Assembly: GCA_002269645.1 (NCBI GenBank)
Contig: NIVC01004606.1
Coordinates: 1 to 40,686 of the forward strand
Origin: Macrostomum lignano
Lineage: Eukaryota
DNA: 40,686 bases
Direction: 5' to 3'
Positions 21,601-35,140 of this stretch are shown one piece after another. The position numbers and the translations under genes are program-made. Each line of letters begins with the position of its first letter. The stretch's first letter is position 1. The notes beneath the pieces are model-generated. The model worked only from the letters and a program-made list of their open reading frames with translations, was not told where the DNA came from and ran no database searches.

Positions 21601-24600
21601 ATGACGCTTCTATGATTTTTACATGACGCTTCTATGATTTTTACATGACGCTTCTATGATTGTTTACATGACGCTTCTATGATTGTTTACATGACGCTTC
21701 TATGATTTTTACATGACGCTTCTATGATTTTTACATGACGCTTCTATGATTGTTTACATGACGCTTCTATGATTTTTACATGACGCTTCTATGATTTTTA
21801 TATGACGCTTCTATGATTGTTTACATGACGCTTCTATGATTTTTACATGACGCTTCTATGATTGTTTACATGACGCTTCTATGATTGTTTACATGACGCT
21901 TCTATGATTTTTACATGACGCTTCTATGATTTTTACATGACGCTTCTATGATTTTTACATGACGCTTCTATGATTTTTACATGACGCTTCTATGATTGTT
22001 TACATGACGCTTCTATGATTTTTACATGACGCTTCTATGATTTTTACATGACGCTTCTATGATTTTTACATGACGCTTCTATGATTTTTACATGACGCTT
22101 CTATGATTGTTTACATGACGCTTCTATGATTTTTACATGACGCTTCTATGATTTTTACATGACGCTTCTATGATTTTTACATGACGCTTCTATGATTTTT
22201 ACATGACGCTTCTATGATTGTTTACATGACGCTTCTATGATTGTTTACATGACGCTTCTATGATTTTTACATGACGCTTCTATGATTGTTTACATGACGC
22301 TTCTATGATTTTTACATGACGCTTCTATGATTTTTACATGACGCTTCTATGATTGTTTACATGACGCTTCTATGATTTTTACATGACGCTTCTATGATTT
22401 TTACATGACGCTTCTATGATTGTTTACATGACGCTTCTATGATTTTTACATGACGCTTCTATGATTGTTTACATGACGCTTCTATGATTTTTACATGACG
22501 CTTCTATGATTTTTACATGACGCTTCTATGATTTTTACATGACGCTTCTATGATTTTTACATGACGCTTCTATGATTTTTACATGACGCTTCTATGATTT
22601 TTACATGACGCTTCTATGATTTTTACATGACGCTTCTATGATTTTTACATGACGCTTCTATGATTTTTACATGACGCTTCTATGATTTTTACATGACGCT
22701 TCTATGATTTTTACATGACGCTTCTATGATTTTTACATGACGCTTCTATGATTTTTACATGACGCTTCTATGATTGTTTACATGACGCTTCTATGATTTT
22801 TACATGACGCTTCTATGATTGTTTACATGACGCTTCTATGATTTTTACATGACGCTTCTATGATTTTTACATGACGCTTCTATGATTGTTTACATGACGC
22901 TTCTATGATTTTTACATGACGCTTCTATGATTTTTACATGACGCTTCTATGATTGTTTACATGACGCTTCTATGATTTTTACATGACGCTTCTATGATTT
23001 TTACATGACGCTTCTATGATTGTTTACATGACGCTTCTATGATTTTTACATGACGCTTCTATGATTTTTACATGACGCTTCTATGATTGTTTACATGACG
23101 CTTCTATGATTTTTACATGACGCTTCTATGATTTTTACATGACGCTTCTATGATTTTTACATGACGCTTCTATGATTTTTACATGACGCTTCTATGATTT
23201 TTACATGACGCTTCTATGATTTTTACATGACGCTTCTATGATTTTTACATGACGCTTCTATGATTTTTACATGACGCTTCTATGATTTTTACATGACGCT
23301 TCTATGATTGTTTACATGACGCTTCTATGATTTTTACATGACGCTTCTATGATTGTTTACATGACGCTTCTATGATTGTTTACATGACGCTTCTATGATT
23401 TTTACATGACGCTTCTATGATTTTTACATGACGCTTCTATGATTGTTTACATGACGCTTCTATGATTTTTACATGACGCTTCTATGATTTTTACATGACG
23501 CTTCTATGATTTTTACATGACGCTTCTATGATTTTTACATGACGCTTCTATGATTTTTACATGACGCTTCTATGATTTTTACATGACGCTTCTATGATTG
23601 TTTACATGACGCTTCTATGATTTTTACATGACGCTTCTATGATTTTTACATGACGCTTCTATGATTTTTACATGACGCTTCTATGATTTTTACATGACGC
23701 TTCTATGATTTTTACATGACGCTTCTATGATTTTTACATGACGCTTCTATGATTTTTACATGACGCTTCTATGATTTTTACATGACGCTTCTATGATTGT
23801 TTACATGACGCTTCTATGATTTTTACATGACGCTTCTATGATTTTTACATGACGCTTCTATGATTTTTACATGACGCTTCTATGATTTTTACATGACGCT
23901 TCTATGATTTTTACATGACGCTTCTATGATTTTTACATGACGCTTCTATGATTTTTACATGACGCTTCTATGATTTTTACATGACGCTTCTATGATTGTT
24001 TACATGACGCTTCTATGATTTTTACATGACGCTTCTATGATTTTTACATGACGCTTCTATGATTTTTACATGACGCTTCTATGATTTTTACATGACGCTT
24101 CTATGATTTTTACATGACGCTTCTATGATTTTTACATGACGCTTCTATGATTTTTACATGACGCTTCTATGATTTTTACATGACGCTTCTATGATTTTTA
24201 CATGACGCTTCTATGATTTTTACATGACGCTTCTATGATTTTTACATGACGCTTCTATGATTTTTACATGACGCTTCTATGATTTTTACATGACGCTTCT
24301 ATGATTTTTACATGACGCTTCTATGATTTTTACATGACGCTTCTATGATTTTTACATGACGCTTCTATGATTGTTTACATGACGCTTCTATGATTTTTAC
24401 ATGACGCTTCTATGATTTTTACATGACGCTTCTATGATTTTTACATGACGCTTCTATGATTTTTACATGACGCTTCTATGATTTTTACATGACGCTTCTA
24501 TGATTTTTACATGACGCTTCTATGATTTTTACATGACGCTTCTATGATTTTTACATGACGCTTCTATGATTTTTACATGACGCTTCTATGATTGTTTACA

Positions 24601-27600
24601 TGACGCTTCTATGATTTTTACATGACGCTTCTATGATTTTTACATGACGCTTCTATGATTTTTACATGACGCTTCTATGATTTTTACATGACGCTTCTAT
24701 GATTTTTACATGACGCTTCTATGATTGTTTACATGACGCTTCTATGATTGTTTACATGACGCTTCTATGATTTTTACATGACGCTTCTATGATTTTTACA
24801 TGACGCTTCTATGATTTTTACATGACGCTTCTATGATTTTTACATGACGCTTCTATGATTTTTACATGACGCTTCTATGATTTTTACATGACGCTTCTAT
24901 GATTTTTACATGACGCTTCTATGATTGTTTACATGACGCTTCTATGATTTTTACATGACGCTTCTATGATTTTTACATGACGCTTCTATGATTTTTACAT
25001 GACGCTTCTATGATTTTTACATGACGCTTCTATGATTGTTTACATGACGCTTCTATGATTTTTACATGACGCTTCTATGATTTTTACATGACGCTTCTAT
25101 GATTTTTACATGACGCTTCTATGATTTTTACATGACGCTTCTATGATTTTTACATGACGCTTCTATGATTTTTACATGACGCTTCTATGATTTTTACATG
25201 ACGCTTCTATGATTGTTTACATGACGCTTCTATGATTTTTACATGACGCTTCTATGATTTTTACATGACGCTTCTATGATTTTTACATGACGCTTCTATG
25301 ATTGTTTACATGACGCTTCTATGATTTTTACATGACGCTTCTATGATTTTTACATGACGCTTCTATGATTTTTACATGACGCTTCTATGATTTTTACATG
25401 ACGCTTCTATGATTTTTACATGACGCTTCTATGATTTTTACATGACGCTTCTATGATTGTTTACATGACGCTTCTATGATTTTTACATGACGCTTCTATG
25501 ATTTTTACATGACGCTTCTATGATTTTTACATGACGCTTCTATGATTTTTACATGACGCTTCTATGATTTTTACATGACGCTTCTATGATTTTTACATGA
25601 CGCTTCTATGATTTTTACATGACGCTTCTATGATTTTTACATGACGCTTCTATGATTTTTACATGACGCTTCTATGATTGTTTACATGACGCTTCTATGA
25701 TTTTTACATGACGCTTCTATGATTTTTACATGACGCTTCTATGATTGTTTACATGACGCTTCTATGATTTTTACATGACGCTTCTATGATTTTTACATGA
25801 CGCTTCTATGATTGTTTACATGACGCTTCTATGATTGTTTACATGACGCTTCTATGATTTTTACATGACGCTTCTATGATTTTTACATGACGCTTCTATG
25901 ATTTTTACATGACGCTTCTATGATTTTTTACATGACGCTTCTATGATTGTTTACATGACGCTTCTATGATTTTTACATGACGCTTCTATGATTGTTTACA
26001 TGACGCTTCTATGATTTTTACATGACGCTTCTATGATTTTTACATGACGCTTCTATGATTGTTTACATGACGCTTCTATGATTGTTTACATGACGCTTCT
26101 ATGATTTTTACATGACGCTTCTATGATTTTTACATGACGCTTCTATGATTTTTACATGACGCTTCTATGATTTTTACATGACGCTTCTATGATTTTTACA
26201 TGACGCTTCTATGATTTTTACATGACGCTTCTATGATTTTTACATGACGCTTCTATGATTTTTACATGACGCTTCTATGATTTTTACATGACGCTTCTAT
26301 GATTTTTACATGACGCTTCTATGATTTTTACATGACGCTTCTATGATTTTTACATGACGCTTCTATGATTTTTACATGACGCTTCTATGATTTTTACATG
26401 ACGCTTCTATGATTTTTACATGACGCTTCTATGATTTTTACATGACGCTTCTATGATTTTTACATGACGCTTCTATGATTTTTACATGACGCTTCTATGA
26501 TTTTTACATGACGCTTCTATGATTTTTACATGACGCTTCTATGATTTTTACATGACGCTTCTATGATTTTTACATGACGCTTCTATGATTTTTACATGAC
26601 GCTTCTATGATTTTTACATGACGCTTCTATGATTTTTACATGACGCTTCTATGATTTTTACATGACGCTTCTATGATTTTTACATGACGCTTCTATGATT
26701 TTTACATGACGCTTCTATGATTTTTACATGACGCTTCTATGATTTTTACATGACGCTTCTATGATTTTTACATGACGCTTCTATGATTTTTACATGACGC
26801 TTCTATGATTTTTACATGACGCTTCTATGATTTTTACATGACGCTTCTATGATTTTTACATGACGCTTCTATGATTTTTACATGACGCTTCTATGATTTT
26901 TACATGACGCTTCTATGATTTTTACATGACGCTTCTATGATTTTTACATGACGCTTCTATGATTTTTACATGACGCTTCTATGATTTTTACATGACGCTT
27001 CTATGATTTTTACATGACGCTTCTATGATTTTTACATGACGCTTCTATGATTTTTACATGACGCTTCTATGATTTTTACATGACGCTTCTATGATTTTTA
27101 CATGACGCTTCTATGATTTTTACATGACGCTTCTATGATTTTTACATGACGCTTCTATGATTTTTACATGACGCTTCTATGATTGTTTACATGACGCTTC
27201 TATGATTTTTACATGACGCTTCTATGATTTTTACATGACGCTTCTATGATTTTTACATGACGCTTCTATGATTTTTACATGACGCTTCTATGATTTTTAC
27301 ATGACGCTTCTATGATTTTTACATGACGCTTCTATGATTTTTACATGACGCTTCTATGATTTTTACATGACGCTTCTATGATTGTTTACATGACGCTTCT
27401 ATGATTTTTACATGACGCTTCTATGATTTTTACATGACGCTTCTATGATTGTTTACATGACGCTTCTATGATTTTTACATGACGCTTCTATGATTTTTAC
27501 ATGACGCTTCTATGATTTTTACATGACGCTTCTATGATTTTTACATGACGCTTCTATGATTTTTACATGACGCTTCTATGATTGTTTACATGACGCTTCT

Positions 27601-30600
27601 ATGATTGTTTACATGACGCTTCTATGATTTTTACATGACGCTTCTATGATTTTTACATGACGCTTCTATGATTGTTTACATGACGCTTCTATGATTTTTA
27701 CATGACGCTTCTATGATTTTTACATGACGCTTCTATGATTGTTTACATGACGCTTCTATGATTTTTACATGACGCTTCTATGATTTTTACATGACGCTTC
27801 TATGATTTTTACATGACGCTTCTATGATTGTTTACATGACGCTTCTATGATTTTTACATGACGCTTCTATGATTTTTACATGACGCTTCTATGATTGTTT
27901 ACATGACGCTTCTATGATTTTTACATGACGCTTCTATGATTTTTACATGACGCTTCTATGATTTTTACATGACGCTTCTATGATTTTTACATGACGCTTC
28001 TATGATTTTTACATGACGCTTCTATGATTTTTACATGACGCTTCTATGATTGTTTACATGACGCTTCTATGATTTTTACATGACGCTTCTATGATTTTTA
28101 CATGACGCTTCTATGATTTTTACATGACGCTTCTATGATTTTTACATGACGCTTCTATGATTTTTACATGACGCTTCTATGATTTTTACATGACGCTTCT
28201 ATGATTTTTACATGACGCTTCTATGATTTTTACATGACGCTTCTATGATTTTTACATGACGCTTCTATGATTTTTACATGACGCTTCTATGATTGTTTAC
28301 ATGACGCTTCTATGATTTTTACATGACGCTTCTATGATTTTTACATGACGCTTCTATGATTTTTACATGACGCTTCTATGATTTTTACATGACGCTTCTA
28401 TGATTTTTACATGACGCTTCTATGATTTTTACATGACGCTTCTATGATTTTTACATGACGCTTCTATGATTTTTACATGACGCTTCTATGATTTTTACAT
28501 GACGCTTCTATGATTTTTACATGACGCTTCTATGATTTTTACATGACGCTTCTATGATTTTTACATGACGCTTCTATGATTGTTTACATGACGCTTCTAT
28601 GATTTTTACATGACGCTTCTATGATTTTTACATGACGCTTCTATGATTTTTACATGACGCTTCTATGATTGTTTACATGACGCTTCTATGATTTTTACAT
28701 GACGCTTCTATGATTGTTTACATGACGCTTCTATGATTGTTTACATGACGCTTCTATGATTTTTACATGACGCTTCTATGATTGTTTACATGACGCTTCT
28801 ATGATTGTTTACATGACGCTTCTATGATTTTTACATGACGCTTCTATGATTTTTACATGACGCTTCTATGATTTTTACATGACGCTTCTATGATTTTTAC
28901 ATGACGCTTCTATGATTGTTTACATGACGCTTCTATGATTTTTACATGACGCTTCTATGATTTTTACATGACGCTTCTATGATTTTTACATGACGCTTCT
29001 ATGATTTTTACATGACGCTTCTATGATTGTTTACATGACGCTTCTATGATTTTTACATGACGCTTCTATGATTTTTACATGACGCTTCTATGATTTTTAC
29101 ATGACGCTTCTATGATTTTTACATGACGCTTCTATGATTTTTACATGACGCTTCTATGATTTTTACATGACGCTTCTATGATTTTTACATGACGCTTCTA
29201 TGATTTTTACATGACGCTTCTATGATTGTTTACATGACGCTTCTATGATTTTTACATGACGCTTCTATGATTTTTACATGACGCTTCTATGATTTTTACA
29301 TGACGCTTCTATGATTTTTATATGACGCTTCTATGATTTTTACATGACGCTTCTATGATTGTTTACATGACGCTTCTATGATTTTTACATGACGCTTCTA
29401 TGATTTTTACATGACGCTTCTATGATTTTTACATGACGCTTCTATGATTTTTACATGACGCTTCTATGATTTTTACATGACGCTTCTATGATTTTTACAT
29501 GACGCTTCTATGATTTTTACATGACGCTTCTATGATTTTTACATGACGCTTCTATGATTTTTACATGACGCTTCTATGATTTTTACATGACGCTTCTATG
29601 ATTTTTACATGACGCTTCTATGATTTTTACATGACGCTTCTATGATTTTTACATGACGCTTCTATGATTTTTATATGACGCTTCTATGATTTTTACATGA
29701 CGCTTCTATGATTTTTACATGACGCTTCTATGATTTTTTACATGACGCTTCTATGATTGTTTACATGACGCTTCTATGATTTTTACATGACGCTTCTATG
29801 ATTTTTACATGACGCTTCTATGATTTTTTACATGACGCTTCTATGATTTTTACATGACGCTTCTATGATTTTTACATGACGCTTCTATGATTTTTACATG
29901 ACGCTTCTATGATTTTTACATGACGCTTCTATGATTTTTTACATGACGCTTCTATGATTTTTACATGACGCTTCTATGATTTTTACATGACGCTTCTATG
30001 ATTGTTTACATGACGCTTCTATGATTTTTTACATGACGCTTCTATGATTGTTTACATGACGCTTCTATGATTGTTTACATGACGCTTCTATGATTTTTAC
30101 ATGACGCTTCTATGATTGTTTACATGACGCTTCTATGATTTTTACATGACGCTTCTATGATTTTTACATGACGCTTCTATGATTTTTACATGACGCTTCT
30201 ATGATTTTTACATGACGCTTCTATGATTTTTACATGACGCTTCTATGATTTTTACATGACGCTTCTATGATTTTTACATGACGCTTCTATGATTTTTACA
30301 TGACGCTTCTATGATTTTTACATGACGCTTCTATGATTTTTACATGACGCTTCTATGATTTTTACATGACGCTTCTATGATTTTTACATGACGCTTCTAT
30401 GATTTTTACATGACGCTTCTATGATTTTTACATGACGCTTCTATGATTTTTACATGACGCTTCTATGATTTTTACATGACGCTTCTATGATTTTTACATG
30501 ACGCTTCTATGATTTTTACATGACGCTTCTATGATTTTTACATGACGCTTCTATGATTGTTTACATGACGCTTCTATGATTTTTACATGACGCTTCTATG

Positions 30601-33114
30601 ATTTTTACATGACGCTTCTATGATTTTTACATGACGCTTCTATGATTTTTACATGACGCTTCTATGATTGTTTACATGACGCTTCTATGATTGTTTACAT
30701 GACGCTTCTATGATTTTTACATGACGCTTCTATGATTGTTTACATGACGCTTCTATGATTGTTTACATGACGCTTCTATGATTTTTACATGACGCTTCTA
30801 TGATTTTTATGACGCTTCTATGATTTTTACATGACGCTTCTATGATTTTTACATGACGCTTCTATGATTGTTTACATGACGCTTCTATGATTGTTTACAT
30901 GACGCTTCTATGATTTTTACATGACGCTTCTATGATTTTTACATGACGCTTCTATGATTTTTACATGACGCTTCTATGATTTTTTACATGACGCTTCTAT
31001 GATTTTTACATGACGCTTCTATGATTGTTTACATGACGCTTCTATGATTGTTTACATGACGCTTCTATGATTGTTTACATGACGCTTCTATGATTTTTAC
31101 ATGACGCTTCTATGATTTTTACATGACGCTTCTATGATTGTTTACATGACGCTTCTATGATTTTTACATGACGCTTCTATGATTTTTACATGACGCTTCT
31201 ATGATTGTTTACATGACGCTTCTATGATTTTTACATGACGCTTCTATGATTTTTATATGACGCTTCTATGATTGTTTACATGACGCTTCTATGATTTTTA
31301 CATGACGCTTCTATGATTTTTACATGACGCTTCTATGATTGTTTACATGACGCTTCTATGATTGTTTACATGACGCTTCTATGATTGTTTATGACGCTTC
31401 TATGATTTTTTACATGACGCTTCTATGATTTTTACATGACGCTTCTATGATTTTTAATGACGCTTCTATGATTGTTTACATGACGCTTCTATGATTGTTT
31501 ACATGACGCTTCTATGATTTTTATATGACGCTTCTATGATTTTTTACATGACGCTTCTATGATTGTTTACATGACGCTTCTATGATTGTTTACATGACGC
31601 TTCTATGATTTTTACATGACGCTTCTATGATTGTTTACATGACGCTTCTATGATTGTTTACATGACGCTTCTATGATTGTTTACATGACGCTTCTATGAT
31701 TGTTTACATGACGCTTCTATGATTGTTTACATGACGCTTCTATGATTTTTTACATGACGCTTCTACGATTTGTTTACATGACGCTTCTATGATTGTTTAC
31801 ATGACGCTTCTATGATTGTTTACATGACGCTTCTATGATTGTTTACATGACGCTTCTATGATTTTTACATGACGCTTCTATGATTTTTACATGACGCTTC
31901 TATGATTTGACGCTTCTATGATTTTCATGACGCTGATTTTTACATGACGCTTCTATGATTTTTATATGACGCTTCTATGATTTTTATATGACGCTTCTAT
32001 GATTTTTTACATGACGCTTCTATGATTTTTACATGACGCTTCTATGATCTTTACATGACGCTTCTATGATTTTTACATGACGCTTCTATGATTGTTTACA
32101 TGACGCTTCTATGATTTTTATGACGCTTCTATGATTTTTTACATGACGCTTCTATGATTTTTACATGACGCTTCTATGATTTTTTACATGACGCTTCTAT
32201 GATTGTTTACATGACGCTTCTATGATTTTTATATGACGCTTCTATGATTTTTACATGACGCTTCTATGATTGTTTACATGACGCTTCTATGATTTTTACA
32301 TGACGCTTCTATGATTTTTATATGACGCTTCTATGATTGTTTACATGACGCTTCTATGATTTTTACATGACGCTTCTATGATTTTTACATGACGCTTCTA
32401 TGATTTTTTAATGACGCTTCTATGATTTTTATATGACGCTTCTATGATTTTTTACATGACGCTTCTATGATTTTTATATGACGCTTCTATGATTTTTTAC
32501 ATGACGCTTCTATGATTGTTTACATGACGCTTTTATGATTTTTATATGACGCTTCTATGAGTTTTTACATGACGCTTCTATGATTGTTTACATGACGCTT
32601 CTATGATTGTTTACATGACGCTTCTATGATTGTTAACATGACGCTTCTATGATTTTTTACATGACGCTTCTATGATTTTTATATGACGCTTCTATGATTT
32701 TTTAAATGACGCTTCTATGATTTTTATATGACGCTTCTATGATTGTTTACATGACGCTTCTATGATTGTTTACATGACGCTTCTATGATTTTTTAATGAC
32801 GCTCTATGATTTTTATATGACGCTACTATGGTTTTTATATGACGCTTCTATGATTTTTACATGACGCTTCTATGATTGTTAACATGACGCTTCTATGATT
32901 TTTTACATGACATGATTTTTATATGACGCTTCTATGATTTTTTAAATGACGCTTCTATGATTTTTATATGACGCTTCTATGATTGTTTACATGACGCTTC
33001 TATGATTGTTTACATGACGCTTCTATGATTTTTTAAATGATGCATCTATGATTTTTATATGACGCTACTATGATTTTTTATATGACGCTTCTATGATTTT
33101 TACATGACGCTTCT
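18639..33114. repeat. ~14.5-kb satellite of 22/23-bp monomers CATGACGCTTCTATGATT(G)TTTA, roughly 650 copies
   Basis: Directly visible. Main variants are the 22-mer (T5), 23-mers (TTGTTT or T6) and a C>T variant TATGACG. Degenerate at both edges. Copy number is length divided by ~22.3. Confidence 0.99.
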
Positions 33115-33639
33115 TTTTAAAAAGTCTTTTAGTTTTCCTGACGTTGAAAAGCTTTAATTAAAAAAATTATACTCTACGAAAATTCGAACCATCGTCGCTG
33201 CATTTAGCAGTTCAGTTTGTTCACCTCTAGGCTAGCTCTCATCGTTTTGATAACATCAAATTTTGCACTTATATAATTCAAAACTTGAAAATCCAAGCAT
33301 AGAGTAAATCACACGAAGCAGTTATGACATAATCAGTTTCTCAGTCAGTCAGTATCAGTTAACAATATGGTTACGCAATTTAAATCAAGTCTGGTGCTAC
33401 GCTTCCACACTGCATTTTCAATTCAAGTCGGAGTTACAATTCAGTTATGATGCAATCTATTTCAGAATCAGAATTCAACCAGTCAGTTTTTTCTCTAGCA
33501 TTCTTACAATGCATTTCAAGTCGAAAAGTTTGCTTGACCTTTGCAAAAAAGCATGTTTTTCGAATATTTAATGCTTTTAGCATCGAGCAATTTCTTAGCC
33601 ACGATGCATGTACCGTCACGGGAAAATTTCTGATCGAAC

Positions 33640-33726
33640 AGTGCAAGTTTGAACAAAATCGGTCCAGCCATTTTTTCTCTAATCGATCACATAGACACAG
33701 ACAGACCATTTTTAGTATATAGATAG
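33640..33726 (+). mobile_element. Helentron/HINE-like terminal segment
   Basis: AAAATCGGTCCAGCC...GACACAGACAGAC...TTTAGTATATAGATAG resembles the end of non-autonomous Helentron-like elements as I recall them. The 13-mer TTTAGTATATAGA (33711-33723) recurs at 36457-36469. Confidence 0.4.
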
Positions 33727-33884
33727 AGTGGAACTCCTCCTTCGGAGGAGAAAGGGGAAGAACTCCCATCACCGGAATTCCATTTCCTGAAATATCCATC
33801 AACTGAAATTCCATGCCTTGAACCCTATCTTCCAAATCGTCTCCAAATTCTTTACAAAACCTTTAAAAGACCATAGCTCAAAGA

Positions 33885-34826
33885 CTCTCACGTCTATCAT
33901 ATCTCCTCTCTACTCTCTTCGCTATTATCGTGACTCTCTTCTCTCTTCTCTCTCATATCTTATCTCTACCCCTACTCCCTTATTTATCTCTTCTCCCTCG
34001 TCTTTCGTCTGTACCCTCTCCTGTCTCCTGTCTCCTCTCTTCTCTCTTATCTCTCCCTCTTCTCTTCTCTCTCATATATCATCTCTACTCACTTATCTAT
34101 CGTCTCTCTTAACCCTCTCTCTCTCTTCTCTTTTCTCTTCTCTCAGCTCTCATTTCTCATATCTCAAATACGCTCTCACACTCTACTTTCTTGTCTCCCA
34201 TCTTTCTTTCCTTCTTTCCACTATCCCCTGTCTCTTCTCTTCTCTCTTTTCTATCCTCTCCATTCTCTCTTTTCTCCTCTCCTTGCTCCTTTCATCTTCT
34301 CCCTCTCTTCTCTAATCTCTAATCTCTAATCTCTTCTCTCTTATGTTCTCACGCATCTCTTCTCATCGCATCTCTCATCTCTCCTCTCCGCACTACTTTC
34401 CTCTCTTAACTCTCTCATCTATGATCTTTCATCTCTCTCCTCTCTCCTCTCTCTCTTCTCCTTTCGCTTCTCTCTCCTTTCTCCCCTCTTTTCTCCTCTC
34501 TTCTCTCTCCTCTCTCCCCTGCTCTCTCATCCCTCATCCCCTCATCTCACTCTTTCTTTCTCCTCTACTCTTCCCTCTCTTCTATTTCCTCTGTACGCTC
34601 TTATCCCTCATCTATTCTCTCTCCTATTATCTCTCTTGTATCCCTTTGCTATCTCATATCTCCCCTCTCATCTCCTCTCTCCTCTTCTCTTCTCTCTCCT
34701 TCGTTCCCGCCTTACTCCCCTTTTTTCTCCCATCTGTCATGTCTAATCTCTCCACTCATTTCTACTCTGTTTTCTATCATCTCATCTCTCTTCTCTTTTC
34801 ATTCTTCTCTTTACTCTCTTCTCTAA
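33885..34826 (+). repeat. ~950-bp degenerate (CT)n polypyrimidine tract
   Basis: Plus strand is almost all C/T (TCTC/TCTT/CTCC mosaics) with scattered A and very few G. Confidence 0.95.
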
Positions 34827-34834
34827 CTGATTGA

Positions 34835-35140
34835 AGATGCCAAATCCATCAAGATCCTCTCCGCGCGAAGCAGAAATCCTGTCCGTGCAACTGAAAACCA
34901 TCGAAATCCTCTCCGTGAAACTGGACTCCTTCGAAATCCTCTCCTTGAAACTTAAATCCATCAAAATGGTCTCCATAAAACAGAAATCAATCATAAATTA
35001 TCTCCACGAAACAGAAATTCTCTCCGTCAAAATTAAAACATTGAAATCGTCTCCGCTAAACTGGACTCAATCGAATTTTTTCCGTCAAACAACTCAACTC
35101 CGGATTCATTGGTTAGGGTTAGGGTTAGGGTTAGGGTTAG
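34835..35140 (+). repeat. ~30-bp subrepeat array (GAAATCCTCTCCGTGAAA-like) ending in a (TTAGGG)4 tract
   Basis: About 8 diverged 30-bp units from 34850 to 35095; TTAGGG at 35113, 35119, 35125 and 35131 plus TTAG. Possibly related decayed units at about 33745-33840. Confidence 0.75.

Noticed and set aside
18639-33114. CRISPR-like array of short direct repeats
   Set aside because: Monomers are head-to-tail with no unique spacers, there are no cas genes, and the context is eukaryotic; it is a satellite.
33818-34834. ORFs of 165, 60 and 163 aa rich in Leu/Ser
   Set aside because: Translation artefacts of the CT-rich tract, which rarely forms stop codons; no domain motifs.
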